Assembly: GCF_009914755.1 (NCBI RefSeq) | Contig: NC_060927.1 | Direction: 5' to 3' (one strand) | Length of the DNA: 64,000 nt | DNA from: the human T2T-CHM13v2.0 reference genome, Homo sapiens | Shown here: piece by piece, positions 29,163-49,786 of the stretch | How positions within the stretch are numbered: position 1 is the stretch's first letter | Layout of the letters: each line of letters starts with the position of its first letter | Notes under the pieces: generated by a model | Databases searched by the model: none | What the model saw: only the letters and a program-made list of their open reading frames with translations | Told to the model about the DNA's origin: nothing | Made by a program: the position numbers and the translations under genes

Positions 29163-30133
29163 CTGTTTGGCAAAAAAAAATAGAAAAATAAGCTATACAT
29201 TAAAGACCTTAAAATAAGCTAAAATTTAAAAATCCTTTAAGCAAGTACAGTTAACTAATCCCCTTACACATTCTGCAGATGCTTATTCTACAAAGAAGTT
29301 TTATGTTAAAACAAAATGAGACAAGAACTGAGAGTAATATTATCACCTTGCTGTTCTTCACCAAATTACCTCTGCTAGAAGATTATCACCCCCACCAGAG
29401 TCATTCTCTCTCTCTACAAGTTTATCTATGTATCTATCTAGCCACATATCACAGCTATTGTATCTATCTCTATGTCCACAGAAAGGCAAGAAGTATGACA
29501 ACAAAGCATTATCTACACAGTAAGGTGCAGTAAGTACTAGCCAGTGTTAGGACAGTAAGTTAAACATTAAGTATCTATTCTTTTCAGTTTTCACATCTAG
29601 TTCCTAGAAATATGCAAATCTATCAAATTTACAACTTTCTGGTAATTATTTTTGAACTTTTACCTCTTTTTGGGTTGGGTTCTGTCTTCAGATAACAAAC
29701 AACACCTAGTTGTATGTTCCAAATTCTTTTAGATTTTCCTTTCCATCTGTTACTCACCTCTTTAATTCTGTTCAAGCTCTCCTTGCCTCACTAATAAATT
29801 ATATCTGTACCTTCTTAGCTAATCTTATTGCTTCTAGTTATGCCCAATTCCAGGCTTGACCACAAAAACAAACAGTTTTCCCAAGAGCAGATCACCCAAA
29901 CCATTTCCCTGAAAAATCATACGTAGGTAAAAGGGACACTAATACACATTAAGATAACATTACCACTATGTAGAGAATAGAGGTTAAAGTGTTGGGACAG
30001 GTGAGATGTGGGAGCAGGCAAGGCCTGGGATGAGATAACAAGAGGATTACAATGCTCTCTGGACCCAACAACAGGAGTGAAGTCTGGGAAGAGCACTCTC
30101 ATAGGCAAGAGAATGGTTTCCCTTTCTCTCCTC

Positions 30134-30881
<748 letters not shown>

Positions 30882-31168
30882 TAAAAATCTTAAATGTGCT
30901 AATTCCTTCTTTGAGCAATTATTACTTCTAGTTTTATACAGCATATTTTTCATTTTTAAAGTAAAGATACTAATTATTATATATAAAGTCTTCTTTAAAA
31001 TCTGCACTGGTACTGTGAGACATCACTGCATCAGACTAGTAGCACAGAAATCAACCTTATTTACAAGAAATTTAATGTAAGGCAAAGGAAAAATAAGAAA
31101 ATGATGGGAAAGGAAAGGATTTTTCAATTACTGATGCTAAGAAAGGTGGTTACGGATTTGGAAAAACT

Positions 31169-31725
<557 letters not shown>

Positions 31726-31873
31726 AGAGAGAATTTGGAAAAAATATCAAGAGTTAGGCACACATTTTCTACTCTACACTAAATAAATTCACAATATACT
31801 ACGATTAAAATTTGAAAAATATTCTTATAAAAATGAGTGAATTTCAAAAAAAATTAAAAACATTCTATTTTAA

Positions 31874-32277
<404 letters not shown>

Positions 32278-32615
32278 CTATTTTCTACAATATGGTAAAC
32301 TAGATGGCAGGAATTAAAAGGATTATACTACTATTTCGAATTTTGTAAATCTTATCAGAAACCGGTAGTGGTCTAAAATTATTTATGACATTTTCATAGA
32401 TATAAATTCTTAGACACAGGGAAAAAAGGAAGACTTGGTATGATGACTCCTAACCTGACAAATATAAATTTGCAAATCATCGTATGCTGAAACAACCCAA
32501 TGGTGTCAAAAGCTTTTCTAATCCATTATGAAGTTTAGTATAGCAATAGACCTCTTATATATTTAAAAAGAATCTAATCAGAAAAGATTAAAATTAAGGC
32601 ATAGAATCTGAACTG

Positions 32616-32905
32616 GGCCAAGGGTAGTGGCTCACACCTGTAGTCCCAGCACTTTGGGAGGCCGAGGTAGATGGACTGCTTGAGCCCAGGAGTACAAGGC
32701 CAGTCTGGGCAACATGGTGAAACCATGTCTCTACGAAAAATACAAAAATTAGCCAGGCATGGTGGCATGCATCTGTGGTGTCAATTGCTTGGGGGGTCTG
32801 CAGCACGAGGATTCTTTGAGCCAAGGAAGTCCCGGCTGCAGTAAGCTGTGATGGTGCCACTACACAGCCTGCACAAGGGAGCGAAGACCTTGTCTCAAGG
32901 AAAAC
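32616..32905 (+). mobile_element. AluJ
   Basis: Diverged dimer. Confidence 0.82.
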
Positions 32906-32953
32906 AAGAACAGTGAACTAACCTGGAGTTAAGAGTGCTATATATAAATATAG

Positions 32954-33266
<313 letters not shown>

Positions 33267-33455
33267 AAATGTAGCCATTTTTAAAACTTACAATGAAAAC
33301 ACCAGATTTGCCAAAATAGCCTCAGATGTGTTTCAATACAATTTAGCTAGCATACATTGGTAGCATGAAGAACTCACACATTTGTAAACCAAGATTCTAA
33401 AATCTTCACTTTCATGTGAAAATATGAAATATTTTAAAGCAAAAATTTTTTTTAC

Positions 33456-33525
33456 CTTTAAAAGTTCTGGCTCCCAGGTGTCTAAAGTTAAAGATCGTAC
33501 TTTTGAAAAATGAACCCCAAGGCTC
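33456..33525 (-). CDS. ACAP2: ACAP2 exon 15 (ArfGAP): SLGVHFSKVRSLTLDTWEPELLK
   Basis: cttag|G ... AAG|gtaaa, 70 nt, phase 2/0. Confidence 0.95.
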
Positions 33526-33846
33526 CTAAGTGGAAAAAAGAAGACTGCATTACTATCAAGTCTCTGTTTGCGTATTTGCGCAAGTTCTGTTTTAACGTGA
33601 CACAGGCTCTAATAAAGCCCTCGGCATACACATATAGGCACAGATCTTCTGTTTAATAATGAATGATGAACCAAAGTCCTCAACAGCTTTTACAAACCAG
33701 GATTTTAACTACTTCTTAAAAGGTACAAAGATACAAACTGGTGATTAAATTAGGGAAGTGGAAAAGGGCAACTAACAAGTGAAACAACCATTTCTATCTG
33801 TGTTTATCCAAAAGAAGAAATTCTCATCCTGGGCAGGCCTACCCAC

Positions 33847-34055
33847 CGGTGAATTCCGGAGCACTCGATACACAAGGTGATGCCCAGGTTGATGCTGGCC
33901 CACCGTGGATCTGCCAGGCCACAGTCACAACAGCTGGCATTGCCAGGGATACACTGGACCCGCTGAAGCGCACTTTCTCCTTTCAATAATTTCTCTTTGG
34001 ACTCATTTCCAGAATCTAGGCTTCCTGTGGATGGAGATGATTTCTTATCCAGCTT
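33847..34055 (-). CDS. ACAP2: ACAP2 exon 14 (ArfGAP zinc finger CxxC-x16-CxxC and catalytic Arg)
   Basis: ttttag|AAG ... CG|gtgggt, 209 nt, phase 0/2; CCDCGLADPRWASINLGITLCIECSGIHR is the canonical ArfGAP motif. Confidence 0.97.
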
Positions 34056-34684
34056 CTAAAAGAATTAAGAATTACTTGTTTTTAAAAAAAAAAAAGATTG
34101 AAATACTTTGTTGCACACTACATGCTCCAAACTAAAGCTTCCAATCAATAAATTAAAGGCCTGTTACAGGCATAAGCAAGGCAATAGTCTAGCTAGAAAT
34201 TCAAGGATAAAAAGATGTAGGTTCTTCCATCAGTGAGCTTTTATTCCAGTGGGGAGAAACGTGTAAACATTTAAAATTATATATAATAAATGACACAATG
34301 AACATATGTACAAAAGATGAAGACAGAAAGGGAACACTAGTCTAACATGCAGGGTGGAGACAGAGGAAATAGGTAAGGGATTATTCAAACTCAAGAATGA
34401 AATAAATATTATTGTTTTATACCACACTTTTCCAAGGCGTTCAATAAACTTTAAGCTAGTCATTGTTTTTTTTTTCAGACCTCTCAGGGATAAGGCAAGT
34501 TAATTACTGCAGTGAGTAACTAGGAAAGGTATGAGCTTATATAAATAGTAAAGAAGAGATCAACTACAAAATTATAACTACAGAGTGAATCAAATATAGA
34601 ACATACAATGTTTAAAACTTCAAGGGATATTAGGTAAAAGAGAAGAAAAGCAAAAGATGGCTGATTAACAAAAAGTTAATTTTT

Positions 34685-35650
34685 TGGCCGAGAGCGGTGT
34701 CACCCCTGTAATCCCAGCACTTTAGGAAGCTGAAGCGGGAGGACCACTTGGGTCCAGGTGTTCAAGATCAGCCTGGGCAACAGAGCAAGAGCCTGTCTCT
34801 AAAAAAGAATATGTCTGGGCACAATGGCTCATGTCTGTAATCCCAACACTTTGGGAGGCTGAGGCGGGTGGATCACTTTAGGCCAGGAGTTCAAGACCAG
34901 CCTGGCCAACACAGTGAAACCCTGTCTCTACTAAAAATACAAAAAAATTAGCTGGGCGTGGTGGCGCACACCTGTGATCCCAGCTACTCAGGAGGCTGAG
35001 ACATGAGAATAGCTTAAACCCAGGAAACGGAGGTTGCAGTGAGCCAAGATCATGTTGACAAGAGTGAGACTCCAACCTGGGTGACAGAGTGAGACTCCGT
35101 CATATGAGCGTAAATACATACATACATACAAACATACAAATTAGCTAGGCATGGTGATGCACACCTGTGGTCCCAGCTACTCAGAAGGCTGAGGCATGAG
35201 AATTGCTTAAACCCGGGAGGGGGCTATTGTAGTAAGCCAAGATCATGCCACCGCACTCCAGCCTGGGTGACAGAGTGAGACTCCATCATATGTACATAAA
35301 TACATACATACATACAAATTAGCTAGGCATGGTGGTGCACACCTGTGGTCCCAGCTACTCAGAAGGCTGAGGCATGAGAATCACTTAAACCCAGGAGGCA
35401 GAGGTTGCAGTGAGCCAAGATCATGACACCGTACTCCAGCCTGGGTGACAGAGTGAGACTCCATCATATGTACATAAATACATACATACATACAAACAAA
35501 TAAGCTAGACATGGTGGTAAGCACCTGTGGTCCCAGCTACTCAGGAGACTGAGGTAGGAGGACTGCTTGAGCCCAGGAGGTCAAGGCTGCAGTGAACTAT
35601 GATCACACCACTGCATTCCAGCCTGGGAAACAGGGCAAGACTCTGTCTCC
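34685..35650 (+). repeat. Alu left monomer plus an Alu with a tandem array of four right arms separated by (TACA)n
   Basis: ~180-bp units at ~34950, 35138, 35316, 35498 sharing ttagctaggcatggtg...cacctgtggtcccagctactcag and catatgtacataaatacatacataca. Confidence 0.88.
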
Positions 35651-35761
35651 CCGCCATCCTGCTACATGGCCATAATGACCGAATACAAAGATGTGGTACT
35701 TAGATCCTAAACAATGACAGATATGGTCTATAAAAAGTCTTCTGGTTTAAAAACATTTCAG

Positions 35762-36109
<348 letters not shown>

Positions 36110-36799
36110 TTAAGAAAGAAATATTTGTTTTACCAGAATATGTTCGATAATGGGAATTAGCAATTATGTAAGGAAAGAATATCAATATTATATTACAGAA
36201 ATCATGTTGGTTCATTCCCAAGTTTTCTCTATATGCTAATGTTTTTGCACCAAATTAGAGAACTAAGTACACAAACACAGCAAAACTTGGGTCAGCCACT
36301 TCAAGGAACACAGCACTGAATATGACACCAATTCACGAAAGTATTAATAGGAGGAATGATTGTTTAAGCAGGACAGTTCAATCCTACTGTCGCTGCCCCC
36401 CATCTCCATGCCACTAGGGGATGACTGCTCTCTACACAAACACAATGACTGGAAGTTATTCTCTGGAGGATTAAAACAGAGTCTCTGAATCGACTTCACC
36501 TGAAAGGTGGAAGCCAGAGGATTAAATGAACATATACATACAATATGCTAAGATACCCAGTGCTTAGCTCCCCACCAATCCCTCATAGCTATGCAGGAGA
36601 TCAATGAGTCTTCTCTGGGAAATCACATCAGCCGAAAAGACTCAAAAAGACCCTGACGATGGTTGTTCCTCAACAAATGGTCCAGACTTAGACAAAGGCC
36701 ACAGTCAACAAAGTCCTAATTTTGTGCTCAGAGTTTCCAAAGAAGTTTTTAGTGCCTAACACTTATGATGAGATAGCCAAAGGAAGCCTCTAACGCAAT

Positions 36800-36965
36800 A
36801 GCTCTCAACATTGGTTGTTTATGGAACTAACCCAGGAAGCTTGTGAAAGTACTGATGCCCAACTCCATTCAAGTGTTCTGGGGTGGTACCTAAGCAATGG
36901 GGGTTTTTCAAGCTCCCTGTGTGGTGACATCATAGTATGCAATGATGGTTAAGATCCACAGCTCT
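36800..36965. mobile_element. MER5-like hAT MITE within degraded L1-like sequence (~36500-37460)
   Basis: ctctcaacattgg...ttttcaagctccc...ggttaagatccac resembles MER5A; diverged. Confidence 0.45.
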
Positions 36966-38392
36966 AACACTGATTCCACGAAAAAAGAACAGGTCTATAT
37001 CTGTAAACATTTAGTGAACAAACACAGCTCTTGGAAATTAAGTATGTGCTAGCAGAACTGAAATATTCAATAGAAGACTTGGAAGATTAACTGAGAAGAT
37101 TTCCCAGAAAGTAGAGCAAAACAACACACACGGACACAAAAATAAGAAAATCATAATACCAATCCAGAAAATACAGAGCAACTGGAGAGGAGAAATACAG
37201 CAGGTCATTAATAAGAAAAGCTTCAACATCAACACTGGAAACTAAAAAACAAACAATGCTGTTAAAATTCTCAAGATTATTTCCAATCTTAAAATATCCA
37301 ACCAAACTACCAATCAAATATGAGGACAGAACCAAGACCTTTTCAGATATGCATGGAATCACAAATGCCTCATTTTCAGGAAGCTACTAGAGAAAGTACT
37401 TAAGTTTTCCTTAAGCCAAGAAGGAGAAAGATATGGGATACAGGAAAGAGAAGAAACTCCAGAAATGATTTTGTAAGGAAATCCCAGACTGACAGCCATG
37501 CTGCAGGCTTAGGGAGCAACTGGTCCAGATTGGAGAAGTGTGATTCTAGAGACAGACGTATTGAGGGCTATCTTTGCTGACATGCCCTTCGTCAATGTTC
37601 CCATCATTTGTACCCAGACAAGTTCACGCAAACGTGGCTACTGATCAAATTCCTACTTTCATCTCTAAGCCTTTCTGCTTGGATCAAGTTAGTCGTCCCC
37701 CCATAATCCCATGCCTGAAAAGGTTCTGCTTTGATCTATGATCTATATTTGGGAGCTGGAAGTTGGCCACGGTAAGTTTTGGAATACAATTTAGAGAGCA
37801 GTCGATCCCCCTAACCATACTCCCAACAATTATCTATCACTAAGCCTATGCCACAGTCTTGCCAGATGACCCAAAAGTGCTGAGTTCCATTTCTCAGGAC
37901 CCATTTACTCACTCACTGCGTTGCCCAAAAGACTTTCTTGGTAAGCTCTTTGAGAAACTGAGGCCAGACTATGACCTAAGTTCCCACATTCACCTTATAT
38001 TTTTAAGGGGCCTTCACCTAAGAGACAATATTATGCTTCCCTTTTTTGCTTTCATTCAGTTTTAAACACCTTTCATGATCATTATTTTATTTTATAATTA
38101 ACTAAAATGGCACAATACTTTTGGGGAAAAACACTAACAGGGAAATACCTTATTCCGATCTGGTTCATATATTCAAATATTAAACATAGATTCACAAATA
38201 CTGAAATAAAATGGTAAGTGAAATAAAGAGAAATAAACAAAAAAGAAATTAAATCCAGATTTTAAAAATAAAACTCAATTACATAAAATCATCTTCCATA
38301 ACAAACGATGCTACATACAGTCATATAACGTTGCAACTAAAATCAAGAATTTTGGCAATATATTATCTGGTATTGCTAATACCTCTACTAAC

Positions 38393-38498
38393 CTCTGATT
38401 CATCACCCTTCTCTCTATAAGCAGTAGCAATACTGGTCTGAACAGCCTTAATCCATGCCTGGCGCAGCTTTTCGGAATCTGCCTGGAGCATGCAACTT
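38393..38498 (-). CDS. ACAP2: ACAP2 exon 13 (PH C-terminal helix): SCMLQADSEKLRQAWIKAVQTSIATAYREKGDESE
   Basis: ttttag|A ... GAG|gttagt, 106 nt, phase 2/0. Confidence 0.95.
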
Positions 38499-39104
38499 CT
38501 AAAAGGAAATAACATATTGTTTTCTCAGACACTAAGTTAATGCCAAAAACACCCTATAAGCTTTATATTTTTTCCACTTTGCTATTTAATAATTTTCTAG
38601 CCAAAAATATATATAATTTGTTGAAAGAAGGTTTTATTTCATGTATCTTTAGGGCAAAGTATGTTAACGAAGAAATTAAGGTGCCAATGAAACAAATTAT
38701 CTCTTAAAAACAAATAACCCATCACTGAATATTTAAAAAAAAAAAAAAACACTTAAATTTACCATATAAATATAGAAACACTCATTTTTTTTTCTACTGG
38801 GTACAAACATAAAATGATAGTTATCAAAGAAACTCATATGATTTCAATTCATCATAATAGCTAAAACTTTCATATGAGCCCATAAATCACCTTTATGGAA
38901 TTTAAAGAATAGGATAAATGGTAGAAGTTACATAAATACCTGACTATAATATCTGTAACCATTAATTATTGAAAATTATTTTTAAAACTTTTTTTTCTCT
39001 TTAGCACAGATACAGACAAATGCAAATTTCTCTACTCTGGAAAGTTATTTAAGACAAACTATAAAAACATAAAAGCAAATCACAGATCCTTTAGAACCAC
39101 TTAC

Positions 39105-39205
39105 TTTGTTGGCGAGACCACCTCAAAGCAGAATCGTCGCTCTATGTCTTCACAATGTTTCACTGTGCAAAGCCTGAGGTCTTCAACTACCACAGTCGGA
39201 TTATC
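39105..39205 (-). CDS. ACAP2: ACAP2 exon 12 (PH): DNPTVVVEDLRLCTVKHCEDIERRFCFEVVSPT
   Basis: tatag|GAT ... AA|gtaagt, 101 nt, phase 0/2. Confidence 0.95.
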
Positions 39206-40189
39206 CTATAGTGAGGAAACCAAATTTCCATATTTTTCCACTTAGGTTTTAATACTACCAATAATGAAATACTTAAAAATATTACTTGGCATAACTGGTC
39301 TAATTTTCAAGATTTATATTTTATTTTAGAAACAGGGGTTATCAATATAGACATAAAAGTAATTTTGTCCTGTTAATAACTGTATCTACCTCATAAATTA
39401 TATAGAGATTAAATGAAATTGTTTACATATAAAGAGACTGGTCCAACACTTGATACTTAGTAGATGCTCAATAAATGTTAATGTTCTGTGGCTTTTCTTC
39501 CATTTTCTTTTATATTCACTCTCCTGGTCCCCACTCACATATAATAAAAGCTACTTTCCTCCAAAAGAGAAGCTTTTATTCAGTCAAGTTTTAAATACCT
39601 CAAAGAAAGCTATAACTTCTTAAAATACCTAGGAGAATCAGAAAGATTTTATCACTTTCTACTGTTTAATAAAAATATAAATTCAAAACCAAGTTTATCA
39701 GAATAGAAGAAACCATGAACTAATAATTAGCTGATTAAAGGGCTTCTGTCATACAAACCTGCTACCATAGAACCAAGCAAGTAAAATTTCATATTGTGTC
39801 ATCTCAAGAGTAGAGATTTGAAATCTGCAGTTTACAGAATATCATTCATAAAAAGTAACTAGGTGAAAAGCAAGTTATCCATTAACTAATGATTCATTCT
39901 TTTGTTTCTAGTTATTTTAATATTCTCAACTCACATGTAATCCCAATATGTCTTTCCCATAAATAAAACTTCCTCATCCTTAAAATAAGGTTCAGGAAAA
40001 CAAACATATAAAACGATATTAACAAATTTAAGGGGTTCTATTTAAATTACTTTCAGCTTACATTTTAATTAATGTAATTTTTAACCATTCTGTCCTATAA
40101 CCTTTGGCCCTATTGTGACATTATTTAAAAGGCACCCTCTCTTTCATCTTCAAAATAGTGCTATGGAATGGCAGTGTTATTTCTGTCAT

Positions 40190-40410
40190 GGACTAGACAA
40201 AGATACATATAAAGAAATAAAAGTATGTTGTATATTTCAAAACAGCTAGGAGAAGAGATTTGTAATGTTCCTAAGACAAAAATGTTTGAGGTGATGGATA
40301 CCCCAGTTACCCTGATTTGATCATCACACGTTGTATACAAGTATCAAAATAGCACATGTACCACAAAAGTATGTACAACTAATATATACCATTTAAAAGC
40401 TATCAAAACA
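40190..40410 (+). mobile_element. L1MA 3'-end fragment
   Basis: gaggtgatggataccccagttaccctgatttgatcatcacacgttgtatac...aaaatagcacatgtacc. Confidence 0.7.
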
Positions 40411-40667
40411 TTTTAAACAATCCTGTGACCCAGAAAAATCCATCTCAAAGCAAGGAATTAAGAACTCAGGATTCAAATCACTTTGCTTTTAAGAATTAAA
40501 TGTTGATATTTTCCACCCTAGAGTCCTCTTATACCTGCTCAAACATAAAACTAATAAATAATTACATTAATTTTACACAAATGAGTATGTATAGACTTCA
40601 ATGTTTACCAAAACAGATAAATAACTGAAACTGGTAACTCACTGGGGTTTCATTTATTAACACCTAC

Positions 40668-40719
40668 CTTAAATTTTTTCTGGTAAACCAACTGATTATT
40701 CTGTATTGAAAACCAGCGC
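40668..40719 (-). CDS. ACAP2: ACAP2 exon 11 (PH): RWFSIQNNQLVYQKKFK
   Basis: ctgtag|G ... AAG|gtaggt, 52 nt, phase 2/0. Confidence 0.95.
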
Positions 40720-41141
40720 CTACAGAAACACAAAATAGATTAAGTTTTCATAAACATAATTTATTTCCATTGTTGTTAGAAATGAAATATTTGAGAAAGC
40801 ACTGGAAATCACATTGTGTTAATTATGTTTTGAGAAGTCCACTGTATTATTTTGCTTTATATAAACTGATTCTAACATGGGAAAACTACTGAAAGAACAA
40901 ACATTTTAAAACCACAGGTTAGGAAAATTAAAGTACTACATTTTGATTAATTTCATGTCATAAATTTACATCCTAACAAAAGCAGTTATCCTGTATGCTA
41001 TCACCAAATAATAACTGTTTTAAAGTACAAATTTACAGCTTTTGAGGTTCCTCAAAAATAACTGAACTCTTTCCCAAGAAATAATTGCTTTTCTCATAAA
41101 GTTGGCATAAATGTATATCGTGAATAAAAGTATCCACTTGT

Positions 41142-41498
<357 letters not shown>

Positions 41499-42960
41499 TC
41501 AGCAGATAATTCAGTAAGAGTTTGATTTGATAAGCAAAACAGAAAACTAATCATGTCAGAACCGACATCTAACAAGAGACAATCACAAATTAGCTTGGCC
41601 TTACTTTCATATAAAATACTCCTAAGTAAAATAATCAAAGTTATTACTACAAATGATTCACTCAACTATTTATATGGTTCTGCTCATTACTGTAAATTAT
41701 TAGACAAACAATTTACTTACGATCTTTTTTAGAAGAAAAATCTATGCTATGTATTACATATTTACTAATTCTAATTTATTAAAACAATAAAAGACCTAAA
41801 GGCATAAAAAAAATTCACAGCCAAAAGCCATTCAGAAAAGAAAGCAAAACTTCTTATCAAGCATGAAAGGTAAAACAGTATTTGAATCATTATTTTAAAA
41901 TTAGTTTCATGTGAGATGATTTCTATTGTAACATTAGTTATTAATCAATTAGCAGATATTCTACCTTTTCATTGATACTAATATGAAGCATTAGAAATTG
42001 TATTTAGAATTTCTATTTTTAAAAATTAAGTTAATTATCCAAAGCTGTTCTCATGTCATGACTAGAAGATGCTTTTCCACTTTTAAGCCATTTACTAGAC
42101 AGACTTAGGTTTTCTTGTCACTTAAAGAGGAATCGCCTTTACCATTAAAAAAGACATTTGTTAAATAAGCATCTAGATAAAATGAGCTGGGTTGCCTCTA
42201 AATGCAAATCATCAAGAGGTAGGCTAGAAAAGGAAGAACTTCTGGGTTTCTTTACTTTGGGACAGATAGTTGGTTAGAAATGTTAAGGAAATACCTACAA
42301 ACAAACAAAATGGTGCAACCCTGCCACATGGGATGACATGCAATGGAAACAATCTCTGATACTGATGAAAGCGTTTGTGTAAAAATCATTTGAAGTAGGG
42401 TGAACTGTAGTCATACAAAATCATTTGTTTTATATCATAGTAAATTCTGTAATTTGATGAAAGCTACGAAGAGTTTTACTGAACAACAAATTATGTAAAC
42501 TTTTCACGCTTCTGAGGTCTTCAAAAAATTAACTTCTCTTGACCAGCTGCATCTTAGGACAATATCTTCTAAAAATAGTATTAAAACTTATGTTGTTGTC
42601 AAAGAGCTAACCCTCTGATTATTAACCTAAGGATCATATGTATTTCTGAAACCCAGTTCCTCTGCCATCGATCTGCTTCTGAATGACGTTTTCATAACAT
42701 CGATTTTTATAAACTGAGGAAAGAAAATATAAACTCTTAATTTTACATCTCTTAAGGAAAAACGTCATATATCCTAGGTAGAAAACATTTTTTCAATTAT
42801 TATACTAAGATTTGTGTGTCTTACAACACTATCACTCCTCCATTGCTATTATAAATTAAAAAAACTAGTAACATTGACCAAAACTTTAATCAGTTAAGTA
42901 AAAGGGAATATAATTTTTAATTATTTCTATAGAATAATCCTAGTTGTTATTAACATTTCA

Positions 42961-43734
<774 letters not shown>

Positions 43735-44357
43735 TAGAAAAATTTCTTGCTTCATTAAGAAAAATAAGGTATCACTTTGTATCTCAAATTGAAATAACTC
43801 AATATAATACACATTTTATTAAATTCTAAATATTATACTTTAAAATATATTTGTTGTAAATATTAAATTTATAAATTATTAAATATTATTAATATTAACA
43901 TACTAATTAGAGCTTCCAAATGACAAAATTTGGGCAGGAAAAGAAAAAATACATAAACAAAAAATTCGAGTTATCTTTTACCATGTTTGATCACTAGTCC
44001 CAGACTGCTCTTGTAATCAAGAACATGAGTAAAAGTCAAACTTCTAAATCTGTAGAAACGTTATCACTAGAACTATACAGATGATGGGTTTATTTACACA
44101 TTCATGTAAGTGCCAAATAGGTAAACAACTGGTAAAAATTAAAAGCCTGAACATGAATGCTCCTTTACTTCAATTTATTTTTATACAGAGAAAATAAATG
44201 GCAAAACAAAAAAAGGTAACGAACTGACAATGTATTCTTTCAACATAATCAATATGGTTTTACCAAAAGGACTAATCCTAGTTACTGCTCAAATTTTTAA
44301 AAAGAGTTTACTAGCTTATTTCCCTCTATATTTTTATTTGTTTAGACATATATGTAA

Positions 44358-44535
<178 letters not shown>

Positions 44536-44828
44536 TAAGATATGTTTAAAAAAAAAAGTAAATTACTCAATCTGTATCTTCTTTGGGTAATTATAAATAA
44601 ATCAAAGATTCCTTTACAGATTAAAACAAATTGAGGAGATGTGCAACTAAAAGGTATAATTCCATTTCTCAAATAAAATAGTTATATTTTCTTCCCAATT
44701 TAAAACATAAAGAGACTTTTCATCCATTGCAAGTAATCCAACTGGAATGCAAGTTAATTATGAGCTTTCTCGTGCCAAAAAGGAAACTGGAGTAAGATGA
44801 GGGTAAAGGGAAGGAAGCCATTTGGTAC

Positions 44829-44849
44829 CTGATGTGATCGGGCTTTTTC
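44829..44849 (-). CDS. ACAP2: ACAP2 21-nt alternative microexon inserting KKPDHIR into the PH domain
   Basis: Long pyrimidine tract with UGC, then cacgacag|G AAA AAG CCC GAT CAC ATC AG|gtacca; symmetric phase 2/2 matching flanking exons 10/11. Confidence 0.75.
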
Positions 44850-46146
44850 CTGTCGTGTGAAAAAACGGGGCAGGATTAAAACATAAGGGAAAGGTGGTAA
44901 AAGAATGAAAACGAAAAATGTGCAAAATAAGCAAAGGACTAGCATGATACGAAAATAAAGCAAGAATTAAGAAACAAGCTTAAGCTCTGAACCTAACAAA
45001 ATAATCAAAAGTATCTGTTGCATTTTATTAACTTTTTATACACATATGCATTTGTACAATTAATTCCAACTCTTAAGACTCTGAAAATTTCAGGAATATT
45101 CAAAAAGTTCTTCAAATACTACATTACAGGAAGTTCTGGTAGGATTTAGCATACTTGGATATACCTCTACTATTATTTTCTGCCTCAATGGTCATGGCTA
45201 TAAAATATAGATAGCACCTCGCGCCTCATCTTAATAAGCTGCTCCTAAAAGTTCAGGAAAACAATCACTGTAGGAATTGCCTGTATAAACCTGAGATAAA
45301 TGAAAAGTCTTCATAAAGAAAGTAGGTTCACTAAATAGAGGATGTCAAAGATTATAAAATATTAGGCAAATAAACATTTCTCCCAATTGCCCATCCCGTT
45401 TTCATGAAATGGTTATCAGTGACTTGAAAGCCACACATACGTAGTATTAATCTTTAATCCATGTATATACTTCTTATAATACAAAAGGCCAATAGAAATA
45501 AAACATTTACATCTATACCAGCAGCATACAGAACATTTTGCTTTAAAATCCTGTGTAGTACCTTCTATGCTCTTAGCTGTATTTTCTATTTCAACAAAGA
45601 CTGAGCATAGCAAGTAATTATTCAGTTTTATTAGTTTTTCCAAGTTATCACTAAATAAATTATGTTAGTATCTATTTATTTTCCTTCATCTTTTCAGAAT
45701 TTAATCATAAAAAGCAAAAGAGAATATAAGTTCTAATAATCCACTAATTTGAGCCTGAAAGGAAGCTGCCACACTGAGAAAATGACCCAACAAAGAAAGA
45801 TTATTGTGGTGACTTCACTTATATCTTCAGAAAAATATATTTTATAGATTTATAAAATTTTTGAGATATTACCAACTACAACAGTTCACATAAGACATAA
45901 AACTTTTCACTTATGCTATTTCAATCGCATCATACAAAATATTATCTATTCACTTAAATTCCAGATTTTGGAATGACCTGAAATACACTTGTAATTTATG
46001 AAGCACAAAGTGAGGTTTTATTAAAACTATCTGGAAATTCCTAGTCACACTCACATTTCCCTGAGGAAGAAAATTTTGTTGTTTTTTTTTTTTTTAATTT
46101 TTGTGGGTACATAGTAAGCGTATCTTATTTATGGGAGAAAGAAGAT

Positions 46147-49097
<2,951 letters not shown>

Positions 49098-49786
49098 TAA
49101 CCTTGACACCAAGACATAAAAATAATTACACTAGAAACCCATTTTAATAAAACATTAAATTTTTCCATTTAACAAAAATGTACACAAAGTTAAACTTACT
49201 AGGAAATTATATTTACTTTACTAATGTCCATTTTTTTAAAATAAAAACAACCTTCATCATTAAATTCATATTCTCTTCAAGTAATAAACACATTATAACC
49301 AATAATATAATAGTAAATCAACCAGAATCCAACTACTACTCATATTACAGAATTTTTTTGACTACTTTTTTATTTTTGGCAAAAATAGAGGCATCCTTGA
49401 ATAAAAGATAATCACTGATACCCAGAAGAATGATCCTGCGACAACCAATCTTTTGGTTGAAGCTTTAATGTCTGAAGTTATTTCATTTTAGTATATTACT
49501 ACATGAGAAAATACAATGAAATATTTTATACATTCTTTTAACAGACATTTAACAGATTTATATTTTATAAAAATTTGTTTAGCAACACCTTCAAAGTTTT
49601 TGGTAGCCATCAAGTTTAGAATAAAGGAGCATCAACTGCCACAGCTTCATATATGAAAAAAATCCTATTTCCTAAAACTCCTGTTTTATTGAAGTTATTG
49701 CAAAGATCAAAAGATCAGGATCACCTAGCTTAAAGATTCATAAGCATTTTGTTCACAAAGGGCAGGAAAAAAAAAAGATTCATAAG

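Noticed and set aside
37550-38040. Higher-GC unique stretch resembling a processed pseudogene fragment
   Set aside because: No recognisable protein or RNA homology, poly(A) tail or TSD.
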